In this document: positions 18,538 through 28,268 of the stretch, piece after piece
Position numbering within the stretch: the stretch's first letter is position 1
How the letters are laid out: the number at the start of each line of letters is the position of its first letter
Assembly (NCBI GenBank): GCA_965223345.1
Contig: CBDCWG010000012.1
Location: 1,280,001 to 1,344,000 of the forward strand
Direction: 5' to 3'
From: Nitrospinales bacterium
GTDB taxonomy: Bacteria; Nitrospinota; Nitrospinia; Nitrospinales; VA-1
Length of the DNA: 64,000 nucleotides
The notes under the pieces: model-generated
Databases searched by the model: none
Told to the model about the DNA's origin: nothing
The model's input: the letters and a program-made list of their open reading frames with translations, nothing else
Program-made: the position numbers and the translations under genes

Positions 18538-21117
18538 TCATTCCACGCGCACCGCTTCGATGGGGTTGAGCCGCGCCGCCAGGCGGGCGGGAACCAGACC
18601 GGAAAGAAACGCCAAGCCCCAGAAGAAGACGGTCGCCCCCAACAGGAACCCGGCCGGGAAATGCACCTGGATGGTCCAGCCGAACGACTGCTTGTTGATC
18701 ACGAAGATCAGGATGTAGGACACCACCGCGCCCGCCGCCAGCCCCATCACGGTGCCGACGCCTCCCAGAATGCCCGCTTCCAGCAGCACGATGCGTCTCA
18801 ACTGGTGTTTGAACGCGCCGAGAAAGCGCAGGATTCCCATCTCGCGTTTGCGTTCCAGTATCAGGGAGATCAGCGTGTTGAACAGGCCCAGCACGGCGAC
18901 GCCCATGGCGATGATCTCCAGCGAATAGGTGATGGCGAAGGTGCGGTCGAACACTTCGAGCACGTCTTGCTTGAGCTGCGCGTTGGAGCGGATGATGAGC
19001 CGGTAGTCCTTGCCCAACGTGTCGAGCAGCTGTTTGCGCACCGATTCCAGATGGGTATTGTCTTTCAGGTAGACGATGAAGCTGTTGACGTCCGGATCGC
19101 GATAATATTTTAAGAAGGTGCTGCGGTCGATGATGATGTAGCCGCGCTCGCGCGAGTAATCGTAGTAGACGCCGGCGATCTCAAGATCCAGCGTGCCACC
19201 GGGCGTCCTGAGGGTCAGGCGGTCGCCTTCTTTAACATCATGGCGCAGCGAAAACGCCTCGGAGACGATGGCGCGGTCCCGGTTCACCAGATGATCCGCA
19301 AGCTGTTGCGCCGGGGGGCCGGATTTGATGACGAGGTTGCCGTAGCGTGAGAGCACGGAAAAATCGCCGGTGCCGAGCACGGCGGGCAGGTCGTCATAGG
19401 TGATGTCGAGTGCGCGGAACTGATCGATGGCGGCGACGCCGTCGAGCTGCTGCAGCTCGCGGATGCGGTCCGCCGGCAGGGTGTACTGGTAGTCGATGTC
19501 GCGGCCGCCCGCGACGCGCACGAACAGGTCCGCGCGCAGGGTCTGGCCGATCCAGAAGATGACGGTCTGGCGGAAGCTGTGCACCATGATCGACATGCTG
19601 ATGACCATCATGAACGCGATGGCGAGCGACGACACGGCGAGCGCGTTGCGGCCGACGTTCTGCGACAGGTTCATGCAGGCCAAAAGACCCTCGCCGCCGA
19701 AGCGCTTCTTGAACGTCCCGTGCAGTCCGCGGCGCGCCAAAAGCAGGGCGGAAGGCGCGAGCAATGAGAGCCCGAGGATCACCAGAAACACCGACAAGAA
19801 TCCGAAATAGGGAAAGTGGTCGATGGCGGGCAGCGTCGAAGCCAGCGCTGCCAGCAACAGGGTCGCGAACGCCAGGCGGGTGAGCCGCCTGCTGCCGCGA
19901 AACAGCTTGAGATCGTAGCTGCCGCGCCGCATCACCGAGGTCGGCGAGGTGTTGGCCGCATCGAGGGCAGGGAGCAGCGCCGAAGCGATGGAGAGCCCGA
20001 CCCCGAGCACGAAATAGGGGCCCATGCGGTCCCAGTGAAAATCCACTTCGCGCACGTAGCTCGGCGTGTACAGGTGGTTGATGGTGAGCGAGACCGCCTC
20101 CAGGGAGAACTGCGCGAAATAATATCCCAGTCCGATGCCGAGCAGCGATCCCACCGCGCCGATGATGCCCGCCTCCAGCAGAAACAGCAGCGCGATGAGC
20201 CGCGGCGTCGCGCCCAGGGCGCGCAGGGTACCGATCTCGACGCGGCGGCGCACGACGGAGAGAGCGATCATGTTGTAGATCAGATACAGCGCGACCAAAA
20301 GCGCCACGAAGCTCAGTGCGGTCAGGTTGTACTGAAACGCCTTGAGCATCTTTTCCACCTGCTGGTTTTTGCGCTGCGGCCGCTCGATCTTAAGATGTTC
20401 GGGGAGCAGCGGAGCCAGTCTGTCGCGCATCGTCTCGAAATTTTTATCCTTTAAAAACTGCAGGTCGATGCGGTCGAGCTTGCCCAGCTTGCCGAGCGCC
20501 CATTGCGCTGCGGCGATGTCCATCATGGCGAAATTGCCGTTCAGCGCCTTGGCGAGACCCTTGTTTTCCAGAATGGCGGTGACGGTCAGGGCTTTTTCCT
20601 GTCCGTTGATGAGAAAGCGGATGGAATCCCCCGTCTCGAAACGCGTGGTGGGGATGAACTTCTCCGGCAGCACGATGCCTCTGGGATCGAGGATGATGGG
20701 GATCAGGCCCTTGAGTCCGGTGTCGGTGGTCTTGAGGGAAAAATCGCGGATGCCGCTGTCCTGCAGCAGGTCGGTACCGATGATCTCCACCACCTCGCCG
20801 GTCGAGCTCTCGACGCCGTAGCCTTCGATCACGGGGTAGGCCTTGACCCATTCGCGCAGGCCGTTGAGTTGGGTGAAATGCGATTCGTCGAACGGCATGC
20901 CCTCGGCGCGGATCACCGCATCGGCGCGGCCGAGCACCAGATCGACGCTTTCCTGAAACGAGGACAGGGTCTGCTCGTTGGCCAGCCGGATGCTGAGAAA
21001 CACGGCCACGCCGATGGCGACGCCGACGATGGTGATGCCGGTGCGGAACGGGTCGCGCAGCATCGGGCGCAGGATGAGCGCGAAGAACAGGTCCTTGAAG
21101 TAAGTGAGGGCGCGCAT
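18538..21117 (-). CDS. ABC transporter permease (FtsX/MacB-like, duplicated)
   Basis: Two MacB-PCD/FtsX repeats; RRVEIGTLRALGA and ERKREMGILRFLGA. Confidence 0.9.
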   Translation of the reverse strand: MRALTYFKDLFFALILRPMLRDPFRTGITIVGVAIGVAVFLSIRLANEQTLSSFQESVDLVLGRADAVIRAEGMPFDESHFTQLNGLREWVKAYPVIEGYGVESSTGEVVEIIGTDLLQDSGIRDFSLKTTDTGLKGLIPIILDPRGIVLPEKFIPTTRFETGDSIRFLINGQEKALTVTAILENKGLAKALNGNFAMMDIAAAQWALGKLGKLDRIDLQFLKDKNFETMRDRLAPLLPEHLKIERPQRKNQQVEKMLKAFQYNLTALSFVALLVALYLIYNMIALSVVRRRVEIGTLRALGATPRLIALLFLLEAGIIGAVGSLLGIGLGYYFAQFSLEAVSLTINHLYTPSYVREVDFHWDRMGPYFVLGVGLSIASALLPALDAANTSPTSVMRRGSYDLKLFRGSRRLTRLAFATLLLAALASTLPAIDHFPYFGFLSVFLVILGLSLLAPSALLLARRGLHGTFKKRFGGEGLLACMNLSQNVGRNALAVSSLAIAFMMVISMSIMVHSFRQTVIFWIGQTLRADLFVRVAGGRDIDYQYTLPADRIRELQQLDGVAAIDQFRALDITYDDLPAVLGTGDFSVLSRYGNLVIKSGPPAQQLADHLVNRDRAIVSEAFSLRHDVKEGDRLTLRTPGGTLDLEIAGVYYDYSRERGYIIIDRSTFLKYYRDPDVNSFIVYLKDNTHLESVRKQLLDTLGKDYRLIIRSNAQLKQDVLEVFDRTFAITYSLEIIAMGVAVLGLFNTLISLILERKREMGILRFLGAFKHQLRRIVLLEAGILGGVGTVMGLAAGAVVSYILIFVINKQSFGWTIQVHFPAGFLLGATVFFWGLAFLSGLVPARLAARLNPIEAVRVE

Positions 21118-21122
21118 CGTCG

Positions 21123-21836
21123 TCAGCGGAGGGGTTCCGGAGTCTCCTGAGAACGCGTCGTCAGCCGGCCGTCGCGGATCTCGAAATGCCGGTTGCCGTA
21201 GGTGGCGATCTGCGGGTTGTGGGTGACCACGACGAGGGTGGTGTTGAATTCCCGCGCAACTTTCTTAAGCAGTTCGAGGATCCGGATGCCGTTTTCGGAA
21301 TCCAGGTTGCCGGTGGGTTCGTCGGCTAAAAGCAGGGCGGGCTGGTGCACGAGGGCGCGGGCGATGGCGACGCGCTGCATCTCTCCGCCGGACAACTCGG
21401 CGGGCACCGAGCGGGCCCGGTCCTTCAGCCCCACATAGTCCAGCAGCTCGCCGATGCGGTCCTGCCGGGTTTTGGAGGTGAGGCTCAACAGCAGCGGCAG
21501 CTCGACGTTTTCCCACAGCGTGAGGGTGGGCAGCAGGTTGAAAAACTGGAACACGAAGCCGATGCTGCTGCGGCGCAATTCGGTGAGCTGCTGATCGCTC
21601 ATGCGCGAGATCAGCTTGCCGTCCAGGTGGATCTCGCCGGCGTCGGGGGTGTCGAGGCCGCCGATGCAGTTTAAGAGCGTGGTTTTGCCGCCGCCGCTCG
21701 GCCCCATGACGGTGACGAAATCGCCGCGCTGCATTTCCAGGTTGATGTCCTGCAGTGCGGTGACGCGTGCGGTGCCGGTTTCGTAGTGCTTGCTCACATT
21801 CACGAAGCGGACGATGGGTGTGGCGGTGGCCGTCAT
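21123..21836 (-). CDS. ABC transporter ATP-binding protein (LolD/MacB-like)
   Basis: GPSGGGKTT, LSGGEMQRVAIARAL, LADEPTGNLD. Confidence 0.95.
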   Translation of the reverse strand: MTATATPIVRFVNVSKHYETGTARVTALQDINLEMQRGDFVTVMGPSGGGKTTLLNCIGGLDTPDAGEIHLDGKLISRMSDQQLTELRRSSIGFVFQFFNLLPTLTLWENVELPLLLSLTSKTRQDRIGELLDYVGLKDRARSVPAELSGGEMQRVAIARALVHQPALLLADEPTGNLDSENGIRILELLKKVAREFNTTLVVVTHNPQIATYGNRHFEIRDGRLTTRSQETPEPLR

Positions 21837-22047
21837 GAAAAGCCCTTCATAAGATGGATGCGCCTTTATTTCACGGACTGTGGATGCGACGTGAAAGCTT
21901 AAACCATTTGCCGGGCGATCTCAATTTCCGCATCCGGACGCTGCGATTTTGTTGCCGGATTGTGACAATCCGTCGACAGGAGCGTGAGGTTCGGCCGATA
22001 AAATACGGATTCACAGTCTCAATTCCCAGCCTGAAAACGGAGCCCGG

Positions 22048-22260
22048 ATGCACACTTTGAATTTGAACCGCACACAACGCAAGCTCGCCAAAGAGCTGCA
22101 ACAGGAAATCGACAACGCGCTGCTCACCTCCCCCGGCGTGCGGCGCTCACTTCAGCGGCTGTTTGCGTTCGACCCGCACTGCAATCTCTCCAGATACCGC
22201 CTCACTCCGGATCTGAAATCGCTCGCCGCCCGCATCCTCAATGCGCGGACGCGCGGCTGA
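22048..22260 (+). CDS. Small hypothetical protein
   Basis: 70 aa, GGAG RBS, host-like codons, weak similarity to the ORF at 25204. Confidence 0.55.
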   Translation: MHTLNLNRTQRKLAKELQQEIDNALLTSPGVRRSLQRLFAFDPHCNLSRYRLTPDLKSLAARILNARTRG

Positions 22261-22467
22261 GCCCCGCCGCACACTCAGATTTTACCTGAGGTGCCACGGA
22301 TTTCTTTATCTCTTTGATAATTAATTCGATATTTTTTTATTTCCGCCAACCCCTCAGAAACCGCTTTAACGATTTCTCATCTCTCGTCTTTTCAGCCGCC
22401 GTCTGCGTCCCATTGCGCGGCCGGGCCGTTTGTGCTACTTATGGAATTTTGCAACCGCGGGGACTTC

Positions 22468-23655
22468 ATGGCTATATCCCAAAAAATCAATGGATTCATG
22501 GAGAAGTCTTCCTGGATCCGCAAAATGTTCGAAGAGGGCATCCGCCTGAAAAAACAGTTTGGCGAACAAAACGTGTTCGACCTGTCATTGGGAAACCCGG
22601 TCGTCGAACCGCCTGAGCCGTTGAAGCAGGCGATACAGCGAGCCGCTTCAGACACCACACCCGGACTGCACCGCTACATGCCCAATTCCGGGCTGCTTTC
22701 CTGCCGCACCACCGTCGCCAAAAGCCTGAGCGCGGAAAGCGGTGTGGAACTTTCTGCGGACGACGTCGTGATGGTGTGCGGCGCGGCGGGCGGGCTCAAC
22801 ATCGCGCTGAAAACCATCCTCGATCCGGACGATGAGGTGCTGATCTTCGCCCCGTATTTCGTCGAGTATCTTTTTTACGCCGACAACCACGGCGGCAGAG
22901 CGGTGGCGGTCCCCACGCGGCCGGATTTTTCCCTCGATCTCGAGGCGCTGGAAAAAGCGATCACGCAAAAGACCAAGGCGGTGATCGTCAATTCGCCCAA
23001 CAACCCGACGGGCGTGGTGTATTCGCGCGCGTCCCTGACTGCGTTGGCCGAACTGCTGCGCAAAAAATCCCAGGAGCGGGGACGGGCGATCTACCTGATC
23101 TCGGACGATCCGTACAAGAAAATCGTGTTCGACGGGGTCGAGGCGGCGAACATTCTGGAGCTGTACGAACACAGCATTTACATCAGCTCGCATTCCAAGG
23201 ACCTGGCGGTGCCGGGCGAGCGCATCGGGTTTGTGGCGGTGCACCCGCAGGCGGAAGCGGCGGCGCAGCTGATGGCGGGGCTCATTTTCTGCAACCGGGT
23301 GCTGGGTTTCGTGAACGCACCGGCGCTGATTCAGCGGGCGGTGGCCCAGGTCGAAGGGGTGAGCGTCGATGTGGGGCCGTATCAGAAAAAGCGCGATTTC
23401 CTGTACGACGCGCTGACGCGCATCGGTTACGAGGTGGTGCGGCCGCAGGGGGCGTTTTACTTTTTCCCGCGCTCGCCGCTTAAGGATGAAGTGGAATTCG
23501 CCCGCATTCTGGCTGAAAAGAAGGTGCTTGTGGTGCCGGGCCGCGGTTTCGGCCTGCCCGGTTATTTCCGCATTTCCTATTGTTTGGAAGATGCGGTGAT
23601 CGAAGGGGCCATCCCCGGCCTGGAAGCGGCCTACCAGGAGGCCCGGGGACGCTGA
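22468..23655 (+). CDS. PLP-dependent class I/II aminotransferase (aspartate aminotransferase-like)
   Basis: SWIRKMFEEG, NSPNNPTG, SHSKDLAVPGERIG. Confidence 0.93.
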   Translation: MAISQKINGFMEKSSWIRKMFEEGIRLKKQFGEQNVFDLSLGNPVVEPPEPLKQAIQRAASDTTPGLHRYMPNSGLLSCRTTVAKSLSAESGVELSADDVVMVCGAAGGLNIALKTILDPDDEVLIFAPYFVEYLFYADNHGGRAVAVPTRPDFSLDLEALEKAITQKTKAVIVNSPNNPTGVVYSRASLTALAELLRKKSQERGRAIYLISDDPYKKIVFDGVEAANILELYEHSIYISSHSKDLAVPGERIGFVAVHPQAEAAAQLMAGLIFCNRVLGFVNAPALIQRAVAQVEGVSVDVGPYQKKRDFLYDALTRIGYEVVRPQGAFYFFPRSPLKDEVEFARILAEKKVLVVPGRGFGLPGYFRISYCLEDAVIEGAIPGLEAAYQEARGR

Positions 23656-23685
23656 CCCCGCCGGACAGGGGGCCGGGCGCAAAAC

Positions 23686-23710
23686 AGGGGTCGCCCGGCG
23701 AACCCTTTTT
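23686..23710 (+). terminator. Probable intrinsic terminator
   Basis: AGGGGTCGC-CCG-GCGAACCCT followed by a T run, downstream of the aminotransferase. Confidence 0.45.
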
Positions 23711-23766
23711 GCTAAAATGGAATCTAAATCCCTAAAGAACGCTCACATGCAGAGGAATCGTTTGCA

Positions 23767-24921
23767 ATGGCTTTGACTCAGGATCAAATCAACCGATACA
23801 GCCGCCACCTGTTGCTGCCGGAGGTGGGGGTGGAAGGGCAGGAAAAAATCTGCAACGGCAAGGTGCTGCTGATCGGCACCGGCGGCCTCGGTGCGCCGCT
23901 CGGCCTGTATCTCGCCGCCGCCGGAGTGGGGAAACTCGGACTGATCGATTTCGACGTGGTCGATCAGAGCAACCTGCAGCGGCAGGTGATCCACGGCGAA
24001 GCGACGCTGGGCAAGCTGAAGGTCGATTCCGCCAAGGCGCGGTTGAACGATCTCAATTCCAGCATCGAAATCGAAACGCACAACACGCGTTTGAGTTCGG
24101 AAAACGCGCTGGAAATCTTCAAGGATTACGACATCATCGTCGATGGCACCGACAATTTCCCCACCCGTTATCTCGCCAACGACGCGGCCGTGCTGTTGGG
24201 CAAGCCTTACATCTACGGCTGCATCCTGCGCTTCGAGGGACAGGCCTCGGTGTTCGATTCCAGGCAGGGGCCGTGCTACCGCTGCCTGTACCCGGAACCG
24301 CCGCCGCCGGGCCTGGTGCCGAGCTGCGCGGAGGGCGGTGTTCTCGGCGTGCTTCCCGGCATCGTCGGGCTGTTGCAGGCGAACGAGGTGCTGAAGCTGC
24401 TGCTCGAGCAGGGCGACCCGTTGATCGGCCGGCTGTTGATCTTCGATGCGCTGGCGATGAAGTTCAAGGAGCTGAAACTGCGCAAGGACAAAAACTGCCC
24501 GATCTGCGGCGACAACCCGACGATCAAGGAACTGGTGGACTACGAACAGTTTTGCGGCATCGTGCCGCAGGAACCGAGCGCCGAAGACGAAGCGCTGGAG
24601 GTCGATGTGGTCGCGGTGAAGGATATGCTCGACGCGAAAAAGAAATTCAAACTCGTCGATGTGCGCGAACCGGGCGAGGTGCAGATCTGCAGGATCGCCG
24701 GATCGACGCTCATTCCTTTAGGCGAGATCGAAGCGCTCGATCCGGCGCGCTTGAACGGGCTGAAAAAAGACGACGACATCGTCGTGCACTGCAAGGCCGG
24801 GGTGCGCAGTCTCAAGGCGGCGAAGGCGCTGATGAAAATGGGCTACCAGAACGTCAAAAGCATGCGCGGCGGCATCGGCGAATGGTCGGATCGCATCGAT
24901 CCTTCCGTGCCGAAATACTGA
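23767..24921 (+). CDS. moeB: Molybdopterin-synthase adenylyltransferase MoeB with C-terminal rhodanese (MoeZ-type)
   Basis: RYSRHLLL, GTGGLG, SNLQRQ, CYRC, PSCAEGGVLG, CPIC; rhodanese VDVRE...HCKAGVRS. Confidence 0.93.
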   Translation: MALTQDQINRYSRHLLLPEVGVEGQEKICNGKVLLIGTGGLGAPLGLYLAAAGVGKLGLIDFDVVDQSNLQRQVIHGEATLGKLKVDSAKARLNDLNSSIEIETHNTRLSSENALEIFKDYDIIVDGTDNFPTRYLANDAAVLLGKPYIYGCILRFEGQASVFDSRQGPCYRCLYPEPPPPGLVPSCAEGGVLGVLPGIVGLLQANEVLKLLLEQGDPLIGRLLIFDALAMKFKELKLRKDKNCPICGDNPTIKELVDYEQFCGIVPQEPSAEDEALEVDVVAVKDMLDAKKKFKLVDVREPGEVQICRIAGSTLIPLGEIEALDPARLNGLKKDDDIVVHCKAGVRSLKAAKALMKMGYQNVKSMRGGIGEWSDRIDPSVPKY

Positions 24922-25124
24922 GTTCGCGCGGCGGGTTTGCAAACCGCGCGCGCTTGAGGCTTCGCCGACAAAATTCTGAATACGGAAGTCCTGGGCCAAA
25001 CGCAAACCGCTGAAAAAGTGCGCGTTTTTGTGCGCGTCCGTACAGCCCAAAATTCTCCCCGCCGCACCCGTATTGTTTGCCGCCGAAACTCAAAAGTTTG
25101 TGTGAACGCGAAAGATGAATGCCC

Positions 25125-25153
25125 TTGACATTGCAGGGTTCCCCGTTTATTTT
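25125..25153 (+). promoter_or_regulatory. Sigma70-type promoter
   Basis: TTGACA-N17-TATTTT upstream of the ORF at 25204. Confidence 0.5.
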
Positions 25154-25203
25154 AAAATTTAGATACAGAAGCGATCTTCATCTCTTTGCCAAAGGGGGCC
25201 TTT

Positions 25204-25587
25204 GTGAGTGATGCACACGAATCTGAAAGTTCTGAGCGCAATTTCGAGAAGTTGTCGAAGGCCATCACCGATGCCGTGATGAACTCCGAGAAGGTGAAAA
25301 AGATTGTTTCTGAGATTCAGAAAAAAGAAAAAATCTGTCCCCAGAGTTTCATGGTACTGGTTCTGAAGATGCAGGTGCTCACCGAATCGCTTGAGATGGA
25401 GGTTGAGGAAGACTTCCTGGAGAAGAAACCCGCGGCGCACAAAAAGAGCGCACGGAAAAAACCCAAGGAGCGTCCTCAGTTCATCGATGGAAACCGCCTC
25501 ACACAAAACGAAATCGATTACCAGGAGTTTTCCAGCGAAAGGTTCGACACCCAGACTTGGCTCAAGAAACACGGGCTCATTTTCTAG
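25204..25587 (+). CDS. Hypothetical protein
   Basis: Charged helical protein; GTG start after AGGGGG; promoter upstream. Confidence 0.7.
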   Translation: MSDAHESESSERNFEKLSKAITDAVMNSEKVKKIVSEIQKKEKICPQSFMVLVLKMQVLTESLEMEVEEDFLEKKPAAHKKSARKKPKERPQFIDGNRLTQNEIDYQEFSSERFDTQTWLKKHGLIF

Positions 25588-25687
25588 AACCATTTTCGTT
25601 TCCCTCTCCGCCGCTTTTTTCTCGTTTCTCGTCTGGGCCTGGCCCTGGACATCCTATTCCCTCGACTACGAAGACGCGCGCAAACGC

Positions 25688-26299
25688 ATGGTCGAAAAAG
25701 ACCTCAAGCGCCGCGGTGTGTCCAACGCCGCTGTGCTCGATGCGATGGCGCGGGTGCCGCGGCACGAGTTCGTCGAACCGCGGCACCGGCATCAGGCCTA
25801 CGCCGATTCCGCGCTTCCCATTCAGGACGGGCAGACCATCTCCCAGCCCTACATCGTCGCCCTCATGACCGAGAGCGCGGCGCTCAAGCCCACCGACCGG
25901 GTGCTGGAGGTGGGCACGGGTTCCGGCTATCAGGCGGCGGTGCTGGCGGAAGTGGCGGCGGAGGTGTACTCCATCGAGATCGTCGCCAACCTGGCGCGCC
26001 AGGCGGGCGAGCGGCTCAAACGGCTGGGGTATGACAACGTGACGACTCTGCACGGCGACGGATACCAGGGCTGGCCGGAGAAAGCGCCGTTCGATGCGAT
26101 CCTGATCACGGCGGCGGCGCCGAAAATTCCCGAGCCGCTGGTTGAGCAGCTCAAGATCGGCGGCAGGCTGGTCATGCCGCTGGGCGGGGCGCGGCTGTAT
26201 CAGGAACTGGTGGTGCTGACGAAAAAAAAGGACGGGCTGTACCGCAAACACATCACCGGCGTGGTGTTCGTGCCGATGACGGGCGCGGTGCGCGAGTGA
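25688..26299 (+). CDS. pcm: Protein-L-isoaspartate O-methyltransferase (true start may be upstream)
   Basis: [41 protein letters not shown]. Confidence 0.93.
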   Translation: MVEKDLKRRGVSNAAVLDAMARVPRHEFVEPRHRHQAYADSALPIQDGQTISQPYIVALMTESAALKPTDRVLEVGTGSGYQAAVLAEVAAEVYSIEIVANLARQAGERLKRLGYDNVTTLHGDGYQGWPEKAPFDAILITAAAPKIPEPLVEQLKIGGRLVMPLGGARLYQELVVLTKKKDGLYRKHITGVVFVPMTGAVRE

Positions 26300-26336
26300 G
26301 CCCGGACCCCTGAACGAAACCGGAAAGGCGCAAGCT

Positions 26337-27140
26337 ATGGAACGCGAAGCGGCGGTGGCCGGGCGGTTTTATCCCGGCGACGCGCAAAACCTCAAGGCCG
26401 AAATCGAAAAGCACCTGCCTGAAAATTCCGATCCCGCTCCGGTGCTCGGTGTGGTTTCGCCGCATGCGGGGTTTGTCTATTCCGGCGATGCGGCCGGCGC
26501 GGTGTACGCGCGCGTCGCCATTCCCGATACGGTGGTGCTGCTCGGGCCCAATCACACGGGACATGGCGAGCGCATGGCGGTGATGACCGAGGGCCGCTGG
26601 AACCTGCCCACCGGTGCGGTGGAGATCGACAGCGAACTGGCCGCGGCGCTGATCGCCAACAGCGCGCAGCTGCGGCCCGATGCGGATGCGCACCGCGAGG
26701 AGCATTCGCTGGAAACGCAGATCCCTTTCCTGCAGCATTTCAAGCGCGACTTCAAAATCGTCCCGGTCTGCATGATGCGCGCGAGCTACCTCGACTGCAA
26801 GGAGCTGGCGCGGGCACTGGTGAAGACGGTGCGCTCGTTAAACCGCCCGGTGCTGGTGGTCGCCAGCTCGGACATGACGCATTACGAATCGCATCTGGAA
26901 GCCTCGGCGAAGGACAGCAAGGCGATCGCGAAGATCCTCGATCTCGATGCGGCGGGGTTGTTCGAGACGGTGATCAAAAACGGCATCAGCATGTGCGGCG
27001 TCGGGCCGGTCACCACGATGCTGCTGTACGCGCAGGCGATGGGCGCGGAGGAAGCGGAGCTGGTGCGCTACATGACCTCCGGCGAGGTGAGCGGCGACAT
27101 GGACCGCGTCGTCGGCTACGCGGGCATGATCGTGAAGTGA
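26337..27140 (+). CDS. AmmeMemoRadiSam system protein B (MEMO1 family)
   Basis: AVAGRFYP, PHAGFVYSG, GPNH, EHSLE, SSDMTHY, MCG, VVGYA. Confidence 0.93.
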   Translation: MEREAAVAGRFYPGDAQNLKAEIEKHLPENSDPAPVLGVVSPHAGFVYSGDAAGAVYARVAIPDTVVLLGPNHTGHGERMAVMTEGRWNLPTGAVEIDSELAAALIANSAQLRPDADAHREEHSLETQIPFLQHFKRDFKIVPVCMMRASYLDCKELARALVKTVRSLNRPVLVVASSDMTHYESHLEASAKDSKAIAKILDLDAAGLFETVIKNGISMCGVGPVTTMLLYAQAMGAEEAELVRYMTSGEVSGDMDRVVGYAGMIVK

Positions 27141-27152
27141 TGGAAACCCTTC

Positions 27153-27218
27153 GACAGGATGGGCAGGATAAACCCCGAAAAAAGAGTCTCGCGCAAAGGC
27201 GCGAAGACGCAAAGGAAA
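27153..27218. repeat. Left inverted-repeat arm of a 2.1-kb insert
   Basis: GACAGGATGGGCAGGATAAA and CGCAAAGGCGCGAAGACGCAAAGGAAA, mirrored at 29162-29232. Confidence 0.75.
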
Positions 27219-27310
27219 CCTGAAATTAAAAATCTTTATGCAATCATTCCGACCTTCCTTTTCAAAAATCGCACCTCATTTTACCGATAGACAATGTCTA
27301 AAACTCGCAG

Positions 27311-27336
27311 GACCGGGTTCGACCCAAAGCGGACAT
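27311..27336 (-). repeat. 26-bp site, copy E
   Basis: Reverse complement ATGTCCGCTTTGGGTCGAACCCGGTC; 27 bp upstream of the insert's first gene. Confidence 0.65.
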
Positions 27337-27363
27337 TTTCATGAAGAAAGGAAATTTTAAATA

Positions 27364-28257
27364 ATGGCGGGAAACAGTCGAATAGGCATTGTAGGCGTGG
27401 GCCGCATGGGGGCCAATATGGCCCGGCGTCTCAAAGAGAAGGGTTTTGTCATCTCTGCGGTCCAGGATCTCAACGCTCCAGCAGCGGAATCGTTGGCAAA
27501 GGAACTTTCCTGCGAGGAAGCGGCTACGCCGGCGCGCGTTGCTGAAATAAGCGATGTCGTGCTGACCGTGGTCACGGATGACGCGGCAATGGATGCAATA
27601 TTCTCAGAAGAAAAACCCACCAGCTTACTTTGCCATGCCAAGGGCAGATTGTTTATCAATTTTGCCACGGTCAGCCCCGAAACACACATCAAAACGGAAG
27701 CCCGCGTCGAGAGTAAAGGCGGGACCAATCTGGAAGCGTTGATGGCCAGCAGTATCACACAGGCACGCGAAGGCACTCTCTATCTTATGTGTGGTGGGAA
27801 AAAGCCGGTCTTTGAACAGGCTCAAACAATACTGGAGGCATTGAGCTCCAGGCTTCTCTATGTCGGCCCTGCTGGCGACGCGGCAAAAGTCAAAGCACTC
27901 GTCAATATGGTGATGAACAGCAACACCGCCGCATTGGCAGAAGGGTTGGGCCTCGGAGACGCGCTTGCGCTGGATCTGACAATACTTCGTGAGGTCTTTG
28001 GTCAAACCGGTGCGGCCTCGCGCGTTCTTGAAACGGACGGCGAAGACATGCAGATACGGGATCATGAATGCTATTTCTCCGCCGCGCATGCGGCTAAGGA
28101 TTCTGGAATCGCCCTCGACCTGGCGCAATCCGCAGGATTGAAGTTGCCGGTAGCACAAGCTACTTTCGATCAATACCAGCGTCTCATTGCAGCGGGTAAG
28201 GGAGAACTGGACAAGTCGGGTGTGGCGGAACTGGTATTTAAAGGAAGAATGAAATAA
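27364..28257 (+). CDS. NAD(P)-dependent beta-hydroxyacid dehydrogenase family oxidoreductase
   Basis: GIVGVGRMGANMA, AREGTL, KVKALVN, AAKDSGIA; visibly more A/T-ending codons than neighbours. Confidence 0.9.
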   Translation: MAGNSRIGIVGVGRMGANMARRLKEKGFVISAVQDLNAPAAESLAKELSCEEAATPARVAEISDVVLTVVTDDAAMDAIFSEEKPTSLLCHAKGRLFINFATVSPETHIKTEARVESKGGTNLEALMASSITQAREGTLYLMCGGKKPVFEQAQTILEALSSRLLYVGPAGDAAKVKALVNMVMNSNTAALAEGLGLGDALALDLTILREVFGQTGAASRVLETDGEDMQIRDHECYFSAAHAAKDSGIALDLAQSAGLKLPVAQATFDQYQRLIAAGKGELDKSGVAELVFKGRMK

Positions 28258-28268
28258 AGGGAGAGACG

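Noticed and set aside
27259..27300. TTTTCAAAAATCGCACCTCATTTT and palindrome TAGACAATGTCTA as a transposon end
   Set aside because: No matching second end or transposase found in the window
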